Below the pieces are notes generated by a model, which made no database searches, was not told the DNA's origin, and saw only the letters and a program-made list of their open reading frames with translations. Made by a program: the position numbers and the translations under genes. From IMG/VR virus record IMGVR_UViG_3300030098_003093, positions 1-52,674 of that record: 52,674 nt of DNA, one strand, 5' to 3'. The DNA comes from a virus (taxonomy: Duplodnaviria > Caudoviricetes). Of the stretch, positions 26,786 through 33,957 are shown in pieces; position 1 is the first letter of the stretch, and each line of letters starts with the position of its first letter.

Positions 26786-27149
26786 GGTGTATATTTCGTA
26801 CGTGTCACTAATAAAATAAAATTCATGTGCAAGTGATTAGTAAAAAAGTTATCAACAAATTACTAATTTAGAATGGTTTTAAATAGTGGGGGGTTTGTTC
26901 CGTTCCTCGTGCCGTCTAGTTCCTAACTTAGTACGGCTGTGCGTTCGGCCGTTCGTATGTGGTTAATTAGTTGGCTTCGGATTTGTCCGATTAGTTGGAA
27001 AGGGTACCCGATAAAATAATTTCATTTTTGTTTTAGAAAAAAAATTTTTATGTATGTGTATTATCCCCTATTCACGTACATCTCACGTCTTTTTTCGTAC
27101 CCACCCATTTTCATAAGTAGTGTACCCATGTATATATATATTTATATAT

Positions 27150-27179
27150 TTATTTATTTATAGTAATAGGTACCTATAA
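27150..27179 (-). promoter_or_regulatory. Palindrome plus CTATAAATA motif, copy 3
   Basis: 28 bp identical to 20417-20444. Confidence 0.6.
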
Positions 27180-27329
27180 TTTGTATGTTGCATACACCTT
27201 TGCTCTTCTACCAGTATCTCTCATTTGGTAGTCTCTAATTACAGCATCTTTCATAGGTATTTTTCTAACAGAATTGTCAGATTTAGATTGTTGTTCTTGT
27301 TTAGCTTTTATCTTTGCGTTTCTGCCCAT
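27174..27329 (-). CDS. Small basic protein (51 aa)
   Basis: Read by hand: MGRNAKIKAKQEQQ...YATYKL; TAATG coupling. Confidence 0.55.
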   Translation of the reverse strand: MGRNAKIKAKQEQQSKSDNSVRKIPMKDAVIRDYQMRDTGRRAKVYATYKL

Positions 27330-27535
27330 TATAAACTCTTCTTTAATATCTTTCCTATATCAGAACTTATAATTCCCTGCTTTACTCTTAGGTCTATAGA
27401 TTTCATTCTTTCTTCTAATGCATCCGCATGCAGCTTATCTACGTGCTCCTGAACGTTTTTTTGTATTCTTTCGCTGTGACCCACAGAGCGCCCAGTAAAC
27501 TCCTTTGAGATTCTTAATTTACCTTTTATATTCAT
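27329..27535 (-). CDS. Small basic protein
   Basis: Translationally coupled on both sides. Confidence 0.6.
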   Translation of the reverse strand: MNIKGKLRISKEFTGRSVGHSERIQKNVQEHVDKLHADALEERMKSIDLRVKQGIISSDIGKILKKSL

Positions 27536-27657
27536 TTCTTTTTTATAGTTTTTACTTTGCCATTTGTAGTTCTTGCATACTTATGGGTTTTAGTTTCTCT
27601 TATTAGAGTTCCATAGTATCTTTTACCTCCGTACAACCAGCTTACTTTTTTAGCCAT
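27532..27657 (-). CDS. Small basic protein (41 aa)
   Basis: Read by hand: MAKKVSWLYGGKRYYGTLIRETKTHKYARTTNGKVKTIKKK. Confidence 0.65.
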   Translation of the reverse strand: MAKKVSWLYGGKRYYGTLIRETKTHKYARTTNGKVKTIKKK

Positions 27658-27658
27658 A

Positions 27659-27949
27659 TTAAACTTTTCTTTTTCCTGTTGATGGGGATTTTCTACTAGA
27701 AGGGTAATTATGAGACACCCCTTTTCTTCTGCCTCCTTCTCCTTTTTTTCCTCTATTAGAGCTTTTCTTTTTACACACTAAATTAGAAGCAGCATTATTT
27801 CTAGGATTACCATCCTTATGATGAACTTCATGTCCAGGAGGACATTTCTTGTTCCTGTTTGCTTTGTTTCTAGCTGCTCTATTTTTTTTAGCTTCAGTAG
27901 AAGAGTGGAATTTTTTATATTCTGCTTTGTAATCTCTAGCCATTACCAC
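27659..27949 (-). CDS. HNH endonuclease
   Basis: EVHHKDGNPRNN...NL...SSNR motif; start probably MARDY at 27943. Confidence 0.8.
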   Translation of the reverse strand: MVMARDYKAEYKKFHSSTEAKKNRAARNKANRNKKCPPGHEVHHKDGNPRNNAASNLVCKKKSSNRGKKGEGGRRKGVSHNYPSSRKSPSTGKRKV

Positions 27950-28245
27950 TTAACTTTATTAGCCCAGTACGCTGCAGAACATTTGCCTTTCTTTATATTT
28001 TTAGCATGTCTTGCTTTAAAAGACTTTCTTCTTGCTTTAGATTTAGCATCTGTTTTTTTACCAGCTGTACTCACCCCTTGCTGTCCAAAACGTATTGTTT
28101 TAGGCTTACCGCCACACATAGTAACAACAACATGAGATTTAGTTTTATGACTAGGAGTTCTTTTAGGTTTATTTAAACCACTAACTCCGGCACGCTTTAT
28201 AGAGGCTGCTTTTTTACTTCCAGTTGATTTGCTTTCTCTAGCCAT
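27943..28245 (-). CDS. Highly basic conserved phage protein
   Basis: KTIRFGQQG...RRKSFKARH...SAAYWANKVKW. Confidence 0.75.
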   Translation of the reverse strand: MARESKSTGSKKAASIKRAGVSGLNKPKRTPSHKTKSHVVVTMCGGKPKTIRFGQQGVSTAGKKTDAKSKARRKSFKARHAKNIKKGKCSAAYWANKVKW

Positions 28246-28397
28246 TACTTTTTGTGTTTTTTCTGAATAGGGAAGCTAGCAAATAAGCTTGCCCCTGTGT
28301 GAGCAACAAACTTACCGCTATGCTTCATAAGCTTAACTGTCTTTCCTTTTTTCATCCAATGATAACCCGCTGGAGCCTTTACTCTTTTATTAGACAT
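28245..28397 (-). CDS. Small basic protein (50 aa)
   Basis: Read by hand: MSNKRVKAPAGYHWMKKGKTVKLMKH... Confidence 0.65.
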   Translation of the reverse strand: MSNKRVKAPAGYHWMKKGKTVKLMKHSGKFVAHTGASLFASFPIQKKHKK

Positions 28398-28459
28398 TAT
28401 CTTAAATTTCCTTTAGGTTTTACTTTTACGTTTTTCTTTTTACCGCAACCGCACCCCAT
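28397..28459 (-). CDS. Micropeptide (20 aa)
   Basis: MGCGCGKKKNVKVKPKGNLR; TAATG overlaps on both sides. Confidence 0.5.
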   Translation of the reverse strand: MGCGCGKKKNVKVKPKGNLR

Positions 28460-28530
28460 TAGTAAGACATTTTTTTTCTTCCTTTTTTCTTAACAGCTCC
28501 TCCTTTTCTTCTCATTCCTTTTTTAGGCAT
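28459..28530 (-). CDS. Micropeptide (23 aa)
   Basis: MPKKGMRRKGGAVKKKGRKKMSY; A-rich leader after the promoter. Confidence 0.55.
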   Translation of the reverse strand: MPKKGMRRKGGAVKKKGRKKMSY

Positions 28531-28570
28531 AATATTTTATTTTAGGTTAATAAATAATTTTAATAATATA

Positions 28571-28630
28571 CAAATATAATAAATTTTTTATTAACAACAC
28601 AATTTAAATCAACTTTTATTACTATATTTG
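28571..28630. promoter_or_regulatory. Divergent promoter pair
   Basis: TATATTTG on - at 28571-28578 and on + at 28623-28630. Confidence 0.75.
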
Positions 28631-28652
28631 TTTATAATTTAATTAAAAAAAC

Positions 28653-28898
28653 ATGGACAATAAAGACAAAAAAGAGCCTGGAATAATAAAAAAAAGCTTT
28701 AGTTTAGGAAAGGCTTTATTTAGATATGCAAAAGAAGGGTTCCCAAATGTTTCTCAAGAAGTTTATGAGCAAAGAATGATGCTTTGTAATAGTTGTGAGT
28801 TGCTAGACAAACAGTCTGCATCGTGTAAATCTTGTGGTTGCGTTGTAGAGTATAAAGGCAGAATGGAAACAGAGTCTTGTCCAGAAAAAAAATGGTAA
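28653..28898 (+). CDS. Cys-rich metal-binding protein (DUF6171-like)
   Basis: R..LCNSC...CKSCGC...K...CP..KW. Confidence 0.7.
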   Translation: MDNKDKKEPGIIKKSFSLGKALFRYAKEGFPNVSQEVYEQRMMLCNSCELLDKQSASCKSCGCVVEYKGRMETESCPEKKW

Positions 28899-28899
28899 A

Positions 28900-29166
28900 A
28901 TGAATCAACAAGGATTAATAAGAAAAATAATAGTTACAGCAGGAGATAGAGATATTACGTATGTAAAAGGTCAAACTATTGCTGGAGGAGCTATAAAAAT
29001 AGTAGACATAACATTTGATGGAATGTACGCAGAAGCTTTTGGAGAGGGTAGATATAATATCTACGTCATACCAAACAATGAAAAGTTCGTTAGATTATGG
29101 AAATCTATCCCTTCCAATAAGTGCGTACCAGAATATGAATTAGAACTAGAAGAACTTAAAAAATGA
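28900..29166 (+). CDS. Conserved hypothetical phage protein
   Basis: LIRKI...Y.KGQ..AGG...LWK pattern upstream of the GroES-like gene. Confidence 0.65.
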   Translation: MNQQGLIRKIIVTAGDRDITYVKGQTIAGGAIKIVDITFDGMYAEAFGEGRYNIYVIPNNEKFVRLWKSIPSNKCVPEYELELEELKK

Positions 29167-29744
29167 AAATAAACCCTTTAGGAGACTTTGTATATATTAA
29201 ACTAGAAAAAGAAGAAGAAAATACTCATACTTTAGATGATGGCAAAGTTATATGGCTAGACACTTCTTATGATAGATATGTTAACGCTAGACAATTTGGA
29301 ACCGTAGAGCTTGTTTCTATAAACATAAAAAAACGAGTAGAAGATAACTTAACTTTAAAAAAGGGAGATAAAGTATATTTCCATCACCATGTTATTGATG
29401 AAAGGATGGCTAGTGAATTTGGTGGAGATAATATATACAAAGCTCATTATGACCAAATATACTGCTACGTTAGAGATGGCAAAATAACAATGCTTCAAGA
29501 TTATGTTTTTGTGGAGCCTATAGAGTTAGAAGATAAAATAGGTAAAATACATATACAATCTAAAGAATCCACTAAAAGAGGTAAGGTTAAATTCTGTAAT
29601 CAATTCTCAAAAGATGATGGGTTTAAAAATGGAGATGAAATATTATTTATTAAAAACGCTAATTATGATATGATAATAGAAGGAGAGAGATTATTCAGAA
29701 TGAATAACAACGAAATATTAGCTAAGACAGAAGGGTTAGAATGA
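29163..29744 (+). CDS. Tandem-domain GroES-like co-chaperonin
   Basis: INPLGDFVYIK..G.V...LKKGDKVYF, then a second unit QDYVFVEP..GKV..GDEILF...EIL. Confidence 0.75.
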   Translation: MKINPLGDFVYIKLEKEEENTHTLDDGKVIWLDTSYDRYVNARQFGTVELVSINIKKRVEDNLTLKKGDKVYFHHHVIDERMASEFGGDNIYKAHYDQIYCYVRDGKITMLQDYVFVEPIELEDKIGKIHIQSKESTKRGKVKFCNQFSKDDGFKNGDEILFIKNANYDMIIEGERLFRMNNNEILAKTEGLE

Positions 29745-30049
29745 TAGAAGAAGAAAAAAGCGAAATACAATTATATGTAGAAGGAACTTTACAGGAGCTA
29801 TTAAGCGCTGCTAAAGATGGTATCGCTACTTTAATAGCAGATGTAAGAAGACCTATAGCAGACGATGTAGCAGACGAAAGACGTAAATCAGCATTAGAGT
29901 CTAAAAAGAAAGCATTTATGGATGCTCAAGAAATGTTAGCAGCATTAGTAACATTAGAAAATAAAATAAAAGGACAAAAGGAAGAAGAAGAAGTCTTAGA
30001 CAATAACTTTAAAGGAGGATTCTCCGAAAAATACGCAAGAAAAAAATGA
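29741..30049 (+). CDS. Putative terminase small subunit
   Basis: Helical 102-aa protein upstream of TerL, ending FKGGFSEKYARKK; inferred from position. Confidence 0.45.
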   Translation: MIEEEKSEIQLYVEGTLQELLSAAKDGIATLIADVRRPIADDVADERRKSALESKKKAFMDAQEMLAALVTLENKIKGQKEEEEVLDNNFKGGFSEKYARKK

Positions 30050-30318
30050 TAGAAGAAATAGCTCAAATGCAAAAAGAAGAAAGAATAATATATAACTCAA
30101 TGTTTTATTCTTATATGGTTTTAACAAAACAGGCTACTGTAAAAGAACTGTTTGAGTCAAGTAAAGATTTTGGATTATTATTCCACCCAGAAGATTTGGA
30201 ACACTTAAAAGGTCAAGAAGCCACAGACATAATAGACTGCCTTATAGATTTCTTTATAGAGATAGAGGAATACGAAAAGTGTCAAGACTTAGTTGATATA
30301 AAAGAATTATATAAATAA
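30046..30318 (+). CDS. Hypothetical protein with UVR-like EEYEKC motif
   Basis: LIDFFIEIEEYEKCQDL. Confidence 0.6.
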   Translation: MIEEIAQMQKEERIIYNSMFYSYMVLTKQATVKELFESSKDFGLLFHPEDLEHLKGQEATDIIDCLIDFFIEIEEYEKCQDLVDIKELYK

Positions 30319-30344
30319 AAAAAGGGGCATAAAGCCCCTTTTTT
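30317..30344. terminator. Bidirectional intrinsic terminator
   Basis: A7-GGGGC-ATAAA-GCCCC-T6 between convergent genes. Confidence 0.9.
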
Positions 30345-30361
30345 ATTGTAAAGAACTAATA

Positions 30362-30724
30362 TTATCCTTTAGTAAAGTAAGCGTACTCTAATACACAAGC
30401 AGCTGTATTAGCTTGAAATTCTAAACCTGTACTTGGAGCTAAAGGTAAAAATGCAAATTCTCCTGGAGATAGTCTAGCAAAAGCTGTTGCTGCATCCGTT
30501 CTTACATCAATATAATTAGTTGTATCTATATTTTTTAAATACACATAATTAATTGCAGATATTGAACTAGCTATAAGTGTTGTTACACCACTGTGAGATA
30601 TAGAAGCTCTTGCTATATTTACAGCAGGATTTGTTGTTGTTAAAGTATCTGTTACCGTAATACTTAAAGAATCAGCAGTAGCATCTGTGCTTGTCAATGT
30701 TAATGTTGGTGTTAATGTTGCCAT
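30362..30724 (-). CDS. Putative small virion protein
   Basis: MATLTPTLTL..., YVYLKN, L.PGEFAFLP. Confidence 0.6.
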   Translation of the reverse strand: MATLTPTLTLTSTDATADSLSITVTDTLTTTNPAVNIARASISHSGVTTLIASSISAINYVYLKNIDTTNYIDVRTDAATAFARLSPGEFAFLPLAPSTGLEFQANTAACVLEYAYFTKG

Positions 30725-30749
30725 TTTAATTTATTTTTTTAAGTTAATA

Positions 30750-31832
30750 TTACGTTGTTAATGCTGATTCAGTTCTAGTTAAAGCTGTAGCAACTGTTTC
30801 ATCTAAAGCTAAAGTGTCATAACCATGTTTACCAGTTCCTTTCATTATGATTTGACATTTGTCTGTACCTAAAGCTGTTCCGTCAGCTGACAATTCACCA
30901 GCAACTGAGTCACGACCAGAAACAATATTCTTAAGTCTAAGTATTCCAGAAACAGAAGTGTCAGGAAAAGCAACTATTCTTGAGTTTACTGTTAATGTTG
31001 CAAAGTCAGCAAGTCCAGTTTTACCTCCTAAATGATTAGTAAAAGAAGTCATTAACCCGTCTAACGAAGTTTCTATATCTAATATGTCTACATGAGGAGA
31101 ATTTACGCCTGCACAATTATTATTAGATTTGTCATACCAAGTAGCCCAGTCATCTGCAGAAGCTATGCTTCCTGAAACAGGAACTGCTAATCCTTCATAA
31201 GCCATAATAACTCTATCAAGATTAATCATTAAGTTATTTTCTAAAATTGTGTCAGCATCATAAGCTACACCATTTAATGTGTTAACCTCAACTACTCTTA
31301 ATTGTCCAGATTCAGCAGACACACCTAAACCTCCATCTGCTACATTTACACAAGGCTCTACTGTTCTGATTTCAATAGGTCTTCCTCCACCCATTGTGTC
31401 AGCATAAAGAAGTTTACCTTGCACTCTATATACAGGTAACTCTAGTCCAGTCGCACCAGTTGTAATGTCTTGTTTAGTGTTAGCATCATAATCAGTTTCA
31501 CTTCCATGTAAAAATACATTATCAGCACCAGTTATTTTTTGTCTGAAAATTTTACCAGGAGTATAGTCAGAAGAAGCTATATCAAAGTTTCCTACTGAAT
31601 CTCCTACATCCCCAACACGAATATACTCTCCTGTTGTAAGACCGTGAGCTGTAATAGTCAAAGCATCAGTTGCCGCAGTAGCGACAGTAGCATTAATTCC
31701 TAATGCTGTTTCTACATTAGTACCATAGATAATATGCTCGGTACTAAGCATCATTGTTTTTGCGTCAGCAGCAGTCGTACCGAACTCTTCGTTTCCGTAC
31801 TTTAACACGCTTACGCTAATTAAGTTTGCCAT
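30750..31832 (-). CDS. Putative virion/capsid auxiliary protein
   Basis: Ala/Thr/Gly-rich; codon style like the major capsid gene; weak internal repeats. Confidence 0.55.
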   Translation of the reverse strand: MANLISVSVLKYGNEEFGTTAADAKTMMLSTEHIIYGTNVETALGINATVATAATDALTITAHGLTTGEYIRVGDVGDSVGNFDIASSDYTPGKIFRQKITGADNVFLHGSETDYDANTKQDITTGATGLELPVYRVQGKLLYADTMGGGRPIEIRTVEPCVNVADGGLGVSAESGQLRVVEVNTLNGVAYDADTILENNLMINLDRVIMAYEGLAVPVSGSIASADDWATWYDKSNNNCAGVNSPHVDILDIETSLDGLMTSFTNHLGGKTGLADFATLTVNSRIVAFPDTSVSGILRLKNIVSGRDSVAGELSADGTALGTDKCQIIMKGTGKHGYDTLALDETVATALTRTESALTT

Positions 31833-31870
31833 TTTTTTAATTTTTTATTATTAATAGATTGATTGTAATG

Positions 31871-31918
31871 CAAATATAGTTAAATCATTTGATATATCAA
31901 AATTTTTTGTTATATTTG
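31871..31918. promoter_or_regulatory. Divergent promoter pair
   Basis: TATATTTG on - at 31871-31878 and on + at 31911-31918. Confidence 0.75.
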
Positions 31919-31922
31919 TATC

Positions 31923-33956
31923 ATGTCAAGTAAAGAAATTTATGGAATACCAGTTAATATTCCAAAGAAACCTTCTAAGCGTTTTATTTTAGGAAATGAC
32001 AAGCCTAAGAAAAAACAAAAATGGGAAAGAACAGAGCTTCCAGACAACTGGGAAATATTACCAGAGTCTAAAAGAGCTAAGTTTATAGAGCAAGAGTTTA
32101 AAAGAAGAACTGAAGGGGTTTGGTTTATGAACAATGGTAGGGCAACATATATAACAGGTTTGCATTATTATTATTTAAACTGGTGTAAAATAGATATAGG
32201 GTATCCAGATTACTGGGATAGAGACAGAAGGTTTTTTCTTATATGGGACGGAGTAAGAAGTAATCCAGATTGTTACGGATTAATAATGCCAAAACATAGA
32301 AGGCAAGGAGCCTCTTGGAAAGCTGCTGCAATTGTTATGCATGATATAACTCTATCTTACAATTCCAATGGTGGGATTATGAGTAAAACGGGTTCTGATG
32401 CTAAAAAGCTCTTTGACAAGGTTGTGTTTATGTTTAGAAAGTTACCAGATTTTTTTCAACCTATTATTGAGGGAACCGATTCTCCTAAAACAGTGCTTTC
32501 ATTTAAAAAGCCTGGAGAAAAGATTACTAAGAATAATGTTAAGGTTAAAAAATCTGAAGCTCTAGATAGTCAGATAGATTGGAGGAATACTAAAAACAAC
32601 TCTTATGATGGAGAAAAACTTAAGACGTTTGTTTCCGATGAGGGGGGTAAGTGGTTAGAAGCTGATGTTTCTAAAAATTGGCAAATTGTAAAGCCAGCTC
32701 TTTCAGAAGGGATAAGAATTATAGGTAAAGCTTTTTTACCATCTACAGTTAACGAAATGGAATCTGGGGGTAAGGCTTTTAAAGATATATGGGATGACTC
32801 TAATCAAGAAGAAATTGTTCCTGGAATAAATAGAACTAAATCTGGTTTATACAGATATTTTACTCCAGCTTATGATGGCTTTGAAGGGTTTATAGATGAG
32901 TATGGAAATAGTGTTATAGAAAACCCTAAAAAGATAACTTATGACAAATATGGAGAAAAGATTAATATTGGAAGTAAGGAGTATCTAGAGGGAATTAGAA
33001 ATAGTTTTAAAAACGATACTAATAAATTAGCGGAATACAAAAGACAATTCCCTTTTACCCCAGAAGAAGCTTTTAGGGTAAGTACTGATGATTGTTTGTT
33101 TGATTCAGAAAGAATATATCAACAAATAGATTATATTGAAGGGATGGGTAATAATATGATTGTAAAAGGTAATTTCATATGGAAAAATGCTGAAAAAGAC
33201 AGTGAAGTAATATGGATACCTGATAGAAAAGGAAAATGGAAAACAGTATGGATGCCGGATGCTGAAGATATGAATGCTAAAGTGGTAAAAAGAAATGGCG
33301 TTTTCCCAGGAAACGAATTACATTTAGTTTCTGGATGTGACCCTTTTGACCATGATATAACAACAGATGGAAGAAGGTCTGATGCGGCTTCTTATGTGTT
33401 TAGAAAATTAAATGTTCATGACCAAAACAATTCAAATATGTTTGTGTCAGAATATATACATAGGCCTCCAAAAGCAGAAATGTTTTTTGAAGACATGTTA
33501 AAACAATGTGTTTTTTTTGGATGTCCAATATTAGTAGAGAATAATAAAATAGGATTAATACAATATTTTAAAAGAAGAGGATACGAAAAATACTTAATGG
33601 CAAGACCGGAATCTACACATACAAAGTTTAGTTTAAAACAAAAAGAGGTTGGTATACCAGCAACTGGTTCGGCTGTTGCTAATGCTATTGTAGACTCTAT
33701 ACAAGCGTATATATATGATTATGTGGGAGTTAACGAAGAAGAGGATGAAATAGGAAGAGTCTTTTTTATAAATTTATTAAAAGACTGGCTTGAATTTGAT
33801 ATAAATGATAGAACTAAATTTGACGCTACTATGGCATCAGGTATAACTTTATTAGCTTCACAGAAAAAAATTAAACCAAAAACAGAAATAAAACAAACAC
33901 AATCTTTTGTGAGAAAATATAGCAACACAGGAGTAATGTCTAAATTAATAAAATAA
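31923..33956 (+). CDS. terL: Terminase large subunit
   Basis: KHRRQGAS Walker A-like, FVSDEGGKW Walker B, SGCDPFD nuclease, ILVENN, KFDATMASG. Confidence 0.9.
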   Translation: MSSKEIYGIPVNIPKKPSKRFILGNDKPKKKQKWERTELPDNWEILPESKRAKFIEQEFKRRTEGVWFMNNGRATYITGLHYYYLNWCKIDIGYPDYWDRDRRFFLIWDGVRSNPDCYGLIMPKHRRQGASWKAAAIVMHDITLSYNSNGGIMSKTGSDAKKLFDKVVFMFRKLPDFFQPIIEGTDSPKTVLSFKKPGEKITKNNVKVKKSEALDSQIDWRNTKNNSYDGEKLKTFVSDEGGKWLEADVSKNWQIVKPALSEGIRIIGKAFLPSTVNEMESGGKAFKDIWDDSNQEEIVPGINRTKSGLYRYFTPAYDGFEGFIDEYGNSVIENPKKITYDKYGEKINIGSKEYLEGIRNSFKNDTNKLAEYKRQFPFTPEEAFRVSTDDCLFDSERIYQQIDYIEGMGNNMIVKGNFIWKNAEKDSEVIWIPDRKGKWKTVWMPDAEDMNAKVVKRNGVFPGNELHLVSGCDPFDHDITTDGRRSDAASYVFRKLNVHDQNNSNMFVSEYIHRPPKAEMFFEDMLKQCVFFGCPILVENNKIGLIQYFKRRGYEKYLMARPESTHTKFSLKQKEVGIPATGSAVANAIVDSIQAYIYDYVGVNEEEDEIGRVFFINLLKDWLEFDINDRTKFDATMASGITLLASQKKIKPKTEIKQTQSFVRKYSNTGVMSKLIK

Positions 33957-33957
33957 A

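Larger units (their letters stand above)
15948..26990. repeat. Dispersed 14-bp palindrome TCGGAC-TT-GTCCGA, 11 copies
   Basis: Exact copies start at 15948, 18725, 21341, 22291, 23969, 24777, 25709 and 25842; one-mismatch copies at 25348, 26643 and 26977. Confidence 0.95.

Noticed and set aside
15948-26990. Palindromic repeats as a CRISPR array
   Set aside because: Only 14 bp long, spaced irregularly from about 130 bp to 2.8 kb, often inside genes; no cas genes seen
28299-28493. Plus-strand 64-aa ORF
   Set aside because: The minus strand holds a coupled chain of basic ORFs with its own promoter, which explains the region better
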